The position numbers were made by a program, and so were the translations under genes. From NCBI GenBank assembly GCA_964016885.1, contig OZ024742.1, positions 266,848,001 to 266,912,000 on the forward strand: DNA of 64,000 nucleotides. Reading direction: 5' to 3'. Shown here piece by piece: positions 40,401 through 53,899 of this stretch; the stretch's first letter is position 1, and each line of letters begins with the position of its first letter. Under the pieces are notes generated by a model. That model saw only the letters and a list, made by a program, of their open reading frames with translations. It was not told the origin of the DNA and ran no database searches. Source of the stretch: Eledone cirrhosa (Eukaryota).

Positions 40401-43400
40401 TAGATATGATCTGGATGACCCTATGCGATTTGTCCAAGTCCACATTGGCACATTCGGGAAATCCCATCGGTACCTGTCAGATAGTTCAAAACGCCTGAGC
40501 AGGTTGGTGAGGCTCTTGCACCCTCCTCCCCTATCCGATAATCCCACACAGTCCCAGCGTGCCTCTAAGATCCCGTTCCAGTCGCCCACTAACACTAAAG
40601 AGCGGGACGTTCCAAGAAAGGTCTCCAGACGCCAGAAGAAATCAGGCCGCCCTGCTCCTGTCGGGGCATAGACGGCCACTAGCCTGAAAGCTTGCCTGTC
40701 TCCGCTGGTCATGTCTAGCACCACCAACTTAGCTTCTGGGTCCAGGAAGATGGCCCGTATGGCGAGATCCAAACCTCTTCGAAAAAGCACAGCAACTCCA
40801 CCCCCGATCCCGGACGGCTGGGAGATGCGTACACATCGTAGCCGCCGAAGATCGGTGCGAAGGCCCGTGCTTCGGAGATTCTGGTCTCGCTGATGGTCAC
40901 TACATCTATGTTTAGTGACCTGAGGTCGTTGAACAGGTGGCCCTGCTTCCATGACGGCCCCAAGCCACGCGCATTTATGCTGCCTATTCTGAGTGAGATC
41001 ATGTTGAAATGGAGTGGAAAAGATGGGAAAGACCACTTACCTTACTTCTCGTAGAGGAAGAATGGTTTGTCCATCCTTTTCACTCCTTGTGGCCTCCTCC
41101 GGAAGGATGTCCTTATAAATCCTCCTGGAGAGTGTTTGTCGGAAGTCTCCGATGTCTTTGGGGAATTTTTGTTTTAGTGTCGTGTACGTTTTCTGTGTGA
41201 TGCGAGTGAATTGTATGTGTGGAGGTGGTGTGAACTTTTGGGTTGTTCTGTAGTCTTTTTCTATGATGCTGGTGTTGTGTTGCATGTAGTGTAATAATTG
41301 ATTGTTGTTCAAATTTAATGCTGTGTAGTGTATATTGTTTTGGTTGTTTTGTTTTGTTTGCGTTTGTTGTGGGTTTGTTTCTGTTACGCTTTTTGGTGAC
41401 TTTTGTGGTGTTGGTGATGGTGGTGTTGGGGTTAATGATGGTGATGGTGTTGGTGTTTGTGGTGATGGGGTTGGTGATGCTGGTGTGGATGGTGGCATAT
41501 CTGTCCTAACTTTTTTGTTTGATAATTTATTTGTTTCCCTCTGTATTTTGTTTTTGGAGGGAGAAGGGAGAGCATTTTTTCTTTTTTAGTTTCTTTTTTT
41601 CTTTTTTCCTGATACCATTTCACACTCCTCGTCGTCACAATCTGTCTCCAGTTGCGATAAGCCGAGGAGTGGAAAATCCTCCACAGGCGTTTTTTGGTTG
41701 TGGCGTGGTGGATGGTGTAGGCGCTGGTGCTAGTTCTGGCGCGTTGGGTGGTGGTGGTGTTGGTTTTGCTACTGTTGCTGGGGTTGTTGCTGTTACAGTT
41801 GCTTCTGTTGTTGCTACTACAGTTGTTGCTGCCATTTCTGCTGCTGGTGGTGTTGATGGTTGAGTCACTGGGGAGGGTTAAGCCTGGAAAGCCCTTAGGT
41901 GGGTTGCTTCACCACAAACGACACACCTAGGTCTTCTGCCCTCGACGATTACGGTGAGGTGGCTGCCGTCAGTGAGGTCTATTACCTCTGGGATCTCCTC
42001 AATGCTTTTATGGTCCGCTTGGATCAGGAGCTACATCCCAGATCCGGACCAGTTCTCCTGCTTTTCTTTTGCTATTTCTATTATTTTGGTGTTGGCCTCG
42101 ATGCCGGCGAGGACGGCAGCCATTAGCCAGGGAATTTCGATGGCCGGTGGAACGTGGGTCACCCTGATTTTCACAAGTCTCTGGCCACAATAGCTTGGGA
42201 TGAGAGTGAAGTCGTCACTTCTTAATGGAGCCATGGAGTGTTCTCTGGCCTCCTGTGGTGTTTCAAAGAACACGTCCACGGTTCCATACTTCTGCCCACG
42301 TCTGATGTGGGTTTTTTTTTTGCCCACACATGTCCCAAAGCTTTTAGGATTTGGGACTCGGATGCCCGTTCCACTCGGCGTGATTTTATGTTAATTGTCC
42401 GATAAGATACGGTGCATAGGCGACGTTGCTCCATTTTATTAGGTGTGTGGGGGGAGGCTGACCCTGTACCCATCTTTCTTTACCATTCCTTTGGCTTCTT
42501 CTTATTCCTCTTGAGTTACCTGGATCGCTTCGCACGTTTTTGCTACTCTGGCAAAACTCAGGGTAGTTTTCTTAATTTCATTGTTGCTGTTGTTGTTATC
42601 GTTATTTTTGCTATAGTTAATTTTAGTTTCAGTTGTGGTGGTGGTGGCGTCAGTGGTGTTTGGTGTGGAAGAGTTCATTTTGGTTGAATTCATTTCGATA
42701 TCACGAGTTAATTTATTTTTTTCTTTTGTTTCTGTTGTCGCTGTGGTGGTGGTGGGGTGGTGGTTGTCGCGGTGGTGATGGTGGTGGTGGCGGCTTTAAC
42801 ACCTGCAGTCATTGGTAATGGCGGGAAATGAACGTCTTCCTGAGCCAAATTTAAAATATTGCTACTGCTTATATTTTTTTTAGCGTTGGCAAACGTAGCA
42901 ATATTTACAATGGTGGTGTCGGTGTGAGGTGTTGGATTGTGAGGAACGAGTGACACTGAGTCATCCATTATTTTTCAAAGAAAAATTTTTTTGTTTGATA
43001 ATTATAAAAAGTTTAAATTTTGGGCTCAAGGCCCCAATATTTTTGATTGTCCTTTTCAGAAATCAATGTATGTGCACTTATATACAGTTAACAAAAAGAA
43101 TTTCCATGAATGGCAATTTTAAATAACTGAAAATAACAAACCTTTGCGGAGCTCACGATGATACGATTTACTACGTGGTGGGGGTGGTGGTTGTCGCGGT
43201 GGTGGTCGTGGTGGCGGCTTTAACACCTGCAGTCATTGGTAATGGCGGGAAATGAATGTCTGCCTGAGACAAATTTAAAATATTGCTAGTCCTAAATTTG
43301 TCTGTGTTGGCAGACGTAGTATCATTTACAATGGTGGTGTCGGTGTGAGGTGTTAATTTGTGAGAAAGGCTTTCAGCTGCTTGGTGCAGTGGTGAATTAG

Positions 43401-43612
43401 CCATTTTTTTTAAAAGTAATTTTTGATAATCATAAAAGTTTAAATTTTGGGCACAAGGCCCCAATCTTTTTGGGTGTCCTTTTCGGAAAACAATGTATGT
43501 GCGCTTATATATAGTTAACAATAACAATTTTCCATAAATGGCAATTTTTAACAAACGGAAATAACAAACCTTTGCGGAGCTCACGATGATACGATTTACT
43601 ACGTAGGTCGCC
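37427..43612 (-). mobile_element. Tx1/L1-clade LINE copy B, near full length, duplicated 5' end
   Basis: ORF1 pieces 41037-42968; ORF2 APE-RT 39135-41036 (KSPGLDGLPYE, DQSKAFDRVDH), 38428-39162 (RQGCPLS, AYADD), 37672-38397 (CPRC...HALVQC); 3' end aacccttgtggttaataaagaaagc(att)n. Confidence 0.93.
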
Positions 43613-46600
43613 AATAATAATAATAATAATAGTAATAATAATAATAATAATAATAATGGTTTCTTTATTGGCCACAAGGGCTGACACGAAGAAAAACATT
43701 AGAGACGGCACAGAACAGTTCAGAACGATACAAAGTGGGTTTTGGTCGTGTAAACAGGTTATAACAAAATCGGGCTAGAAATCCCAAAAAATTCAAACAA
43801 CAAAATTCCCCAAGAAGGGGGAAACCCTCCGAGGGTCACTCGTGTTAAAAACCACACTAGACCACGGCCACCCTGACCACCAGAGCAAGCGCCCTCTCTC
43901 ACTTTCCCCACTCCCCAGTCTACAGGCGTATACTCAGAGCGGGCCCGTTCACTCGGACCAGATTTTGCCAATTTCACCCACCTGTCAACAAACTTACTAG
44001 AATACAGCACTTGTCTCTCCACCCTGATTTTCTTCTTCAAGTGAAACTTGAAAAAGTTAATCAGGGATTTGCCGGAGAGGAAAGTGTCAGTCTTCAACCC
44101 TTTCAATCTTGTCTTCCACACGATCTCTTTCGCCATGGCCACCAGGCAGATGAAAACTGATCGTCTTCGACGCCCAGGGTCTCCCCGAGAACGTCGTCGC
44201 TCTTTCCCCCCACTAGCCCTCTATAGAACGCCGAGGTGGATGTTCCACAGATACTAGTGCCCAGCCGGTAGAGGGCGGTGAGTGCTTGGAGACATGCCAG
44301 CTTCCAAGCGCTATCCCTCGGTCTTTTCCCGATCCATGACTGCAGCTCCGTCAAGGAAATGAGCTGGGGAAAAGCGCGTCTGGCAAATGGCGACCACACC
44401 TGTTCACCGTCAAGGTAGCACCAGAGATGTCGCAGCCTTAGCGCATGTATGCGCATCATCAGCCACGGCATACCTAGTCCTCCACGCAACGGGTGTTGAC
44501 AGCAAATGGATCGTCTGACCATGGGAAGAGAAGGCGCTCCATTTTGGTCAGAGTTGGGCGGGGCCATGGTACCACGGTCAGGCGGTAGCAGATGACGGAC
44601 GCTATGTACGCTTTCGTAAGCCTATGTAAGCCTCCTCTCGGCCCATTTCTGGTTGAAAGAGGCCACCCTGCTCGTCCCCTCGCCCCAGCTTTTCTCCCTC
44701 TAGAGGTCCGGACCGACAAGACCCCGAATAATTTAACCGGTCCTTCTGTCCAGCCCCCCACGACGCTGTCGGACGGCTTGGACTTGCCTCTCCAGGTGCC
44801 GAGTTGCAAGCCCACCGAATTTTCCTGGTTTATCTTTGCTCCTGTCACCGCTTCGTATTCCTTGAGAGTGGTGCCGAGCATCTGGACGTGTTTGGTGCTC
44901 GACACCACCACGGTGACGTCGGCAGAAGCCGACACCGATCTCCCGCATCCCAGTTCGCATGAGACCTTCCTCATCGTCTCCAATTTTTGCGGTAATGGGT
45001 CGAGGTCCAGTACGTACAAAAGGGACGAGAGGGAGCAACCATGGCGGACCGAGCGCATAGTGCTGAACGGCTGCGACAGGTGACCATTCACCCTCACAAT
45101 CAAGCAGATGTCGCTGTGCATCGCAGCGACCCAGCTCCTAAGCACAGACGCAAAACCTGCCGCCTCGAGGGCAGCAGACAAGGTACCGATGGTCGACCAT
45201 ATCAAATGCTTTAGATTGATCCAAGTTGATGGGGGCCCAAGCTGTGCCAGGTTCCTTAACCACCCTCTCTATGATGTATCGCATGAGATGGAGTTTGTCG
45301 TGGATGAATCTGTCCGGAATGGTGCATGTCTGCGCCTCTCCCACCAGATCTCCGACGACAGGCGCCAATCTTTTTGCTAACACTTTGGCCAATATCTTGA
45401 ACTCTGCGGTTAGCAGAGTTATGGGCCTGAAGTTGTCTATAACGTCCCCCTTGTTCGGGTCTTTTCTCATAAGCGCCACCGTTCCCCGCCTCGCAAAACT
45501 GGGAATGCTCCCGTTCTGCTGCCAGCTGCAGTAGCCACCTGCCTAGAGGTCGCCGAACAAGTCTGACATGTACGCATAAAGCTCGTAATGCACACTATCC
45601 AAACCTGGCGATTTACCCTTCGTGCAGTCAGACATCGCTTCCTGTATTTCACCTTCTGATATCCGCTTTTAGCAGTCCTGCGCTGCGGTCGTTTGAGAGC
45701 CGCGGCAGTCCGTCGAGTTATGCACCGAAGTCTATACTCCAATCCGGCCCGCCGCTGTTCCCAAACAATTGAGCTAAGTGCTGTTGAAAAGCCGCACACA
45801 TCTGCTCGGGTTCGAGCAACATGCAAAGACCGAATTGAGCGAGACGTTCCAAGAAAGATCTCTTGACGTCTGAAGAAAACTGGCCATCCTGCCCGTGTTG
45901 GGGCGTAGACGGCTACTAGCCTGAAAGCTTTTCTTGCGCTGCCGGTCACATCCAGCACCACCGACTTACATTCTGGGTCCAGAAACATGGCCCGTATGGC
46001 GATATCCAAGCCACTCTGAAAAGCACAGCAACTCCCCCCCCCCCCCCGATCCTGGACGGCTGGGAGATGCGTATACATAGTAGCCGCCGAAGCCTCGTGC
46101 TTCGAAGATTCTGGTCTCGCTCATGGCCACCACACGTGTGTTTAGTGACCAGAGGTCGTTGAGCAGGTGACCTGCTACCAAGATGATCCCAGGCCACGTA
46201 CATTTACACTGCCTATTCTGAGTACGACCATGCTGGGCGTGGAATGGGTAAGTGAGAATGGATCACTTACCTTGATCGTGTGGGGAAGGGACAGTAGAAC
46301 CGTCCCTTCAGCTGGTCATGGGTGTCTCCAAGATGATATCTGTATAGATTTTTTTGGAGAGTGACCCTGTGAAATCCCCAACGCAGTTGGGGAATTTTTG
46401 CTTTAGTTGTTTATAGTCTTCCAGTTAAATTTCGACAATTGTAATGTTTTTGGGTAATGCTCTTGGTGTTGGTGGGGTGTGGTAATTTAAGTCTAAACTA
46501 TTGGTGTGTGGTTTTATATGTTCCATTAATCCTTTGTGTGCAATATTTATGGTTGTGTACCCTTTGGGGTGTGGGTGTGGGGGTGTGGTGGGGGGCTGTT

Positions 46601-48028
46601 GTTTCTGTTGGGTGTGTGTGCTTTGTTGTGTATGCGATGTTGGTGTTTTTGGTGATGCTGGTGGTGATGTGGTTGTTGTTGGTGGTGATGCCTGTGGTGA
46701 TGATTGTGGTGGCGTTGCTGCAAGTCGCCTTGCAAACTTTACCCTTCTTTGTTTGTCCTCGCTTTTGGAGGGCGAATATAAAGGGCTCTTTCTATTTTGT
46801 TTCTTTGTTGTAGATCTTTTGCCACTTCACTCCCTGCTCATACTCCATGTCGGATTCCGTGGCGTCTGGGAGGGATATGTGCTCCACGGCTGTTGGTGGT
46901 GGTAGTGGAGCCCTCTCCGGCGATTTTGTTGCTGGTGCAGCTACTGCAAATGTAGATGCTGGTGTTGCCGCCACTGCTGCCGCTGTCTTAGTTGTCCGTG
47001 GCTTTGGTATGGGTGCCACGGACGTTGCTCTCCTACTCACTGTGGAAAGGTCTTCTGTCTCTGTTGCCTGTCCTGCTCTTGGTAGCAGCGGATCAGACGT
47101 CGGAAGCAGGGGGCCCTCTTCTTGGCTGTCTTCTGCGGGCAAAAGGCCCTGAGGTGACCCTTTCGCCCACAGAGATAGCACTTTGGGTTCCTTCCTTCCA
47201 CGCTTATAGGGAGTTGGTGTCCTTCCTCGAGGTGTATGATATCTTGGATGGTCTCGATACACTCCTGGTCAGTTTGTATTAGCATTTGCATGCCTATACC
47301 TGACAAGTTCTCTCTTCCCATTCTCTGTACTTGCATCATGGTTGTCCTGACCTCGATTTCAGCGAGGACAGACGCGGCCAGCCAAGGTATGGGCACGTCG
47401 GGCGGGACCTGGGTCACTTTGACCCTCACAATTTTCTGCCCGCAGTAGGAGGGCACCAAGACTATCTCCTCACTCTTTAGTGTTTCCAAAGAGTGAGACT
47501 ACGCCTCTTGGATGTTGGCGAAAAGTACGTCTACTGTGGCATACTTTTTACCTCAGGGATGTGGCTTTTGCGCGCCCAGACGTGTTAATATCGTTGTTGC
47601 ATTTGTTGTCATTTTTTTCTGTTGTCTGCATTTTGGTTGTTGCTGTTACTGTTGTAGTTGGTGTGGTCATTTTTTAAAAATTAGTGTTCTCAGTGTTGTT
47701 TTCATTGCTGTCTTTGTTTGTGGTGGTGTTTGTTGTATCAATTTGTGTTCGCCGTAACCCTCCTCTCAACATTTACGCCGTTGTCACACGACAGCAGACA
47801 TATCGCTGGGGGACGTGGCTCAGCCATGTTTTTTGATAATTTTTAAAAGTAAAATTTTCAAATATTCGGACCAAAAGGCCCAAATATTATACTTTCCCCT
47901 TCACAGAGCAAAGTCCAAGGGCTATATGTCCCTTACACAACAACAGCAATTTAACAGTAAATAGTTTATGACAGATAACTAAAGACACTTACTGGGAGCG
48001 AGCAAAATGACGTCCGATCAGACCAATG
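43613..48028 (-). mobile_element. Tx1/L1-clade LINE copy C, internally deleted, with (ATT)n tail 43613-43657
   Basis: 5' ggacgt...gctccc motif at ~48000-48015; ORF1 CYLCGRKGHLRAFC; partial APE; RT DQSKAFDMVDHRY; 3' end cagcccttgtggccaataaagaaacc(att)n. Confidence 0.9.
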
Positions 48029-48031
48029 ATT

Positions 48032-48254
48032 ATAATAATAATTGTTTCTACTTTTGGCACAAGCCCAGCAATTATCCCAGTGCATTATAGGTACTTTATT
48101 TTATCGATCCCGTAAGGATGAAAGGCAAAGTTAACCTCGGCCAGATTAACTTTGCCTTTCATCCTTACGGGGTCGATAAGATAAAGTACCAGTAATGCAC
48201 TGGTATAATTGCTGGCCTTGTGCCAAAAGTAGAAACAATTATTATTATTATTAT
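48032..48254. mobile_element. Head-to-head pair of 5'-truncated SINEs forming a palindrome
   Basis: Minus copy 48032-48140 and plus copy 48146-48254, both with outward (ATT)n tails. Confidence 0.9.
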
Positions 48255-48714
48255 AACGGTATATTGCAAATATAAAATAAGTAATATGTCATTGTTCTAA
48301 CATATATGTTCTATAAGTTCTATATATTTTTTTGGGAGCTATCAAAATTACTGTACCAATAACAATATCTCTGTGAGTTCTGTAATGAGTAGTTTAGCGC
48401 CCATTTGAATCGAGGGGTTATTGTACCGCAAACCATTTCACAGATACTCTAACAATTCTATTAATTCAGCGCTGCCAGATTTATGTTTTTATACATCGAC
48501 AGGCAAATTATATGTATGAATGTATATATACATACACATACGCACACACACACACACACACAGACACACACACATATATATATACATATATATATATATA
48601 AACATATATATATAACAATTGTATGTTTGAAGAGAAAATAGACAAATATGTGCACAACTACACAATTTCGCGGATTGTATATATGTAAATATATATATAT
48701 AAATATATATATAA

Positions 48715-49537
<823 letters not shown>

Positions 49538-49596
49538 CGCACACACACATGCACATTCATACATGTATATATAATTTCTATATTTTTTTCTTTCAG

Positions 49597-52039
49597 CGGA
49601 TACAACTTCTATTGAATATAATACCGTGGAACTTTCTAATTCTTCACCCAATCCAAGTACACAGTTTCAAGACATGAGATTCTCAACTCGTTCCAATCTT
49701 TTCCATCATATGACGTCTGTAGAATATCTGAGATCTACAGAACTTACTACCACCACTCGTTCGTTCTTAGCTCGTGAAAGCACATCACAGACTCAACTAG
49801 ATAGAGGCACATCAACCGATGTTCAGCCGACATATCAGGTCACACAGACATCAACCAATAATAAACACATGCCTTCAATTACTTTGGATAATATTCGACA
49901 GTCACCCAGTGATGAAAGTACAAATCATATGACAACGCCGATAATAAATGAGATGACAAAGACTCATACGTCAATGAATGATACTATTGGTAATACACTA
50001 TCATATCCAGATTATGTAACCTCAACTAAGTTAATATCACATACCGAAAATCATACAGTACTTTCACAACCGACATTAAATGTTACTCAAGCACGTGAGG
50101 AATCTGATACAAATAGTTTTACAAATACAGGCTTTACTTCGACAAATTCTGTCATAGAAGATGACTACAAGTCTCAGTCCCAATTGTATAATAATACATC
50201 AACGACCGTTTTCGATGCTGCTACAAATATGAATATTACATCTTTAATGAGTATCACAACAGCTAATTTTGACAATACAAAACCAAACACCACACAAAAT
50301 TCGATATCTTCTACCAACATACCGGATTTTAGTAATATAACTCCAGTGATTTCTTCTGAAAGACAAACAGGCTTGACTGATATATCGCAGACATTAGAAT
50401 ACGACGGAATTACAGAAAAAAATTACAATAGCATCTACATTACCAATAATAATAACAGGCATTTGACATCGGATAATACCATATCCTCTCTTGTAATGAT
50501 ATCTCAGTCGGTCTCCTCATCAGCTGGCGATGGCGGTAATGAGGTGAGTACATTGGAAGAAGATTCGCAACTGTTTGTGTCAGACTGGACACCTTTAACG
50601 GCAGACAGTAGTAGTATTACTCAAAGTTTTACTACTAGATCGATGGAAGTAAGTGAATTAAGCAAGGCGATAATAACTAAACCGTTGACATCTGAGAGTT
50701 ACAAGACTGAAGATTATCTCATTGAAACAACTCAAAATGTTAAAAATTCAGAGATTTCAACGATAGCCTTTACATTAATGACAGACATGTCTTCGTCTGA
50801 TATCAATACGCCATCAACTTTCAACACAGATTACAACCAAATTACGGAAACCTCTTTAACGAATACGGCAATACAGACATTTGATACTGAATTATTCACA
50901 GGAGGATCGATATTTACAATATATGATCACACAAATGTTGATGCAACTGATACACAAGAAACCTCGATGTCAACAACAATATTCCAAACTGCTGACCCAA
51001 TGCTTAATACATATAATTCTACAGAATATATATCCACTCAAGACGAAAGAATATTCTCTTCTAATATTCAAGTATCTGACTTCCCCCCAACAACGTATGA
51101 CATCTCACAAGATTCTGCGTCTAATATGAACAGTATTACATTAAATTTAGCTACAGACGCAAATAGCTCATTGTTAATGAGCATTATAACAACTGATATT
51201 GACGATACAACATACAACACTACACAATATGTGACTTTACCTGATATCACAAGAGATATTACCAACACTATGCCAGACATGACTACATCTGGAGATATCA
51301 CTATTTCTACAGACATCACAACAGCTGACATTGACTATACAACTCACAACAACTTTACACAAGATGTCACATCGTCTGTCACCACAAAAGATGTTACCAA
51401 CACCGCTCCAGACTTTACTACATCTGCAGATATCACTATTACTACAGACATCACAACAGCTGACATTGACTATACAACTCACAACAACTTTACACAAGAC
51501 TTGACACCGTCTTCCATCACACTGGATGCTGGCAACACCACTACAACTGGAGATATTACAGCTTCTATGCACAGCACAATACTGGACACCGACTACACAA
51601 GACAAAGTAGTGTATCGGATAGGACATCTACCGAAATACCTGATGTGACTAACAGCACAACATCTGTTACTTCGAATACATCTGAAATTATCACATCCAC
51701 TCCACCCATATCAACAGCTGACATTGATTCTACAACATACAACAACACAGAACAAATGTCTACACTAACTAGTACAATGATAGCAAACTACACAGGTGAG
51801 ACGAGTGAACTATCCACGTCTTCGAGTTCAACGTTAAATACTTTGGTATCTGAGACATTCATTATGGATACATATAACTCAACACCCACAACTGCTTCTG
51901 GAAGCCTATCAACACAGATGACTTCTGTGAATAACAGCCTATCAACGGAACAGACATTGGTTCAATCTCTACCGACGACATATATTCCATTAACAACATT
52001 GGAGCCGCTTGTTACCACAACAGATGTTTCACCATGTAG
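49597..52039 (+). CDS. Large Thr/Ser-rich mucin-like (PTS) exon, ~810 codons
   Basis: Acceptor tttttttctttcag| (phase 1), uninterrupted frame matching ORF 49626-52043, many NxT/S sequons, donor either t|gtaggt (52035) or ag|gtaaat (52039). Confidence 0.85.
51282..51551 (+). repeat. Coding tandem repeat, 135 nt (45 aa) unit, two close copies plus degenerate neighbours
   Basis: TTSGDITISTDITTADIDYTTHNNFTQD at 51282 and TTSADITITTDITTADIDYTTHNNFTQD at 51417. Confidence 0.9.
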
Positions 52040-52149
52040 GTAAATAATTTTCTCAACATTAACATATGTATGTATTATTGTGTGTATGCATGTATCAATA
52101 TATGTACGCATGTATGTGTGTATGTATATCTGTGTACATATATGTATAA

Positions 52150-52220
<71 letters not shown>

Positions 52221-52303
52221 GCTAGTACAAAAGTATGACGATAGTCGTCTAAACCGCATAGCATAATAAAGGCTGTTTGCTTGCAAACGAATCGAATATT
52301 AAT

Positions 52304-52930
52304 ATTATTCAATATTCAAGGGCGGTGAATTGGCAGTATCGGTAGAGGGTCGGACGCCATGCTTTCTAGCATAGTTACGTCCCTTTACAGTCTGAGTTCA
52401 AATCCCGCCGAGGTTAACTTTGCCTTTCATCCTTACGGGGTCGATAAAATAAAGTACCAGTAATGTATTGGGTAGTTGCTGGCCTTGTGCCTAAAGTAGA
52501 AACAATTATTATTCAATATTCAAAAGGGCGGTGAATTGGCAGTATCGGTAGAGGGTCGGACGCCATGCTTTCTAGCATAGTTACGTCCCTTTACAGTCTG
52601 AGTTCAAATCCCGCCGAGGTTAACTTTGCCTTTCATCCTTACGGGGTCGATAAAATAAAGTACCAGTAATGTATTGGGTAGTTGCTGGCCTTGTGCCTAA
52701 AGTAGAAACAATTATTATTCAATATTCAAAAGGGCGGTGAATTGGCAGTATCGGTAGAGGGTCGGACGCCATGCTTTCTAGCATAGTTACGTCCCTTTAC
52801 AGTCTGAGTTCAAATCCCGCCGAGGTTAACTTTGCCTTTCATCCTTACCGGGTCGATAAAATAAAGTACCAGTAATGAACTGGGTAATTGCTGGCCTTGT
52901 GCCAAAAGTAGAAACAATTATTATTCAATA
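52304..52930 (+). mobile_element. Three tandem full-length tRNA-derived SINEs (Meta/MESC-type core), 206 bp period
   Basis: Heads ggcggtgaattggcagtatcgg at 52321, 52527, 52733; A box tggcagtatcgg, B box gagttcaaatcc; core gcctttcatcc...gtcgataaaataaagtaccag; tail agaaacaattatt. Confidence 0.92.
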
Positions 52931-53119
52931 TAAAACTCACGGAAGTATTTACACACACACACACGCGCACGCACACACACGCACACACGCACACATATAT
53001 ATATATACTTACTTTATATACATGTAGATATATATACATTATATATCCATATGTATACATATGTATATGTATGTATGAATGTTTGTATGTATGTATTCAT
53101 GTATGTATGCATGTATGCA

Positions 53120-53213
<94 letters not shown>

Positions 53214-53614
53214 TGCTTATATATATATAAATACATATATACGCATATATATGTAAAATGTCTAATCTATTTACTGTCCTAATGAAATTTGCATCAATGC
53301 ATATATTAACTATAATATAGTCGAATGATACCGGAAAATATTGGACAGAGATCTGAGGGAATTGAACCGAACACCTAGTGTATGCTGAACTATTTAGATA
53401 ATCATTAACATTTGTATATGGTAAATATAATGAGAGTGGTCTAGTATATATTTCACTTACTTATGTTGCACCTACTTATGTTGCACATCGATATTATAAG
53501 TAGTGCATACACACATACATACACACATGAATGCATACATACATACGTAGATTCATACATACACACATGCATCCATATATACACATACGTATATATACTG
53601 ATGTTGAATCCCAT

Positions 53615-53740
53615 TGAGAACTACGTTAAGGCTACACGTGTCTGTGGAACGCTCAGCTTCTTGAATGTTAATTTGCTGAAAAGGCTGTTCCATTGATCGC
53701 AACAACTGGAACACTCTTCGTCGCAACCGACAGAGTGCCA
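53615..53740 (+). mobile_element. Probable 3' fragment of another short interspersed repeat
   Basis: GC-richer island ending ...cgtcgcaaccgacagagtgcca between microsatellites; recalled resemblance to an octopus repeat only. Confidence 0.3.
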
Positions 53741-53899
53741 GTTATATATATTATTTTACATATAAAACCATATATATGCAATCATACACATATAACTATG
53801 TCTGTCTGCAACTTTGTTTCTTTGTTTCTATGTATGTATGTTTCTCTTTCTCTTAATTTCGAGTACATTTTTGACTGGCCACCTTGCTGGTGGCAAGGT

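Noticed and set aside
52321-52930. Regular repeat array as CRISPR or tRNA gene cluster
   Set aside because: 206 bp units with no unique spacers and no cas genes; A/B boxes belong to a SINE head with no full cloverleaf.
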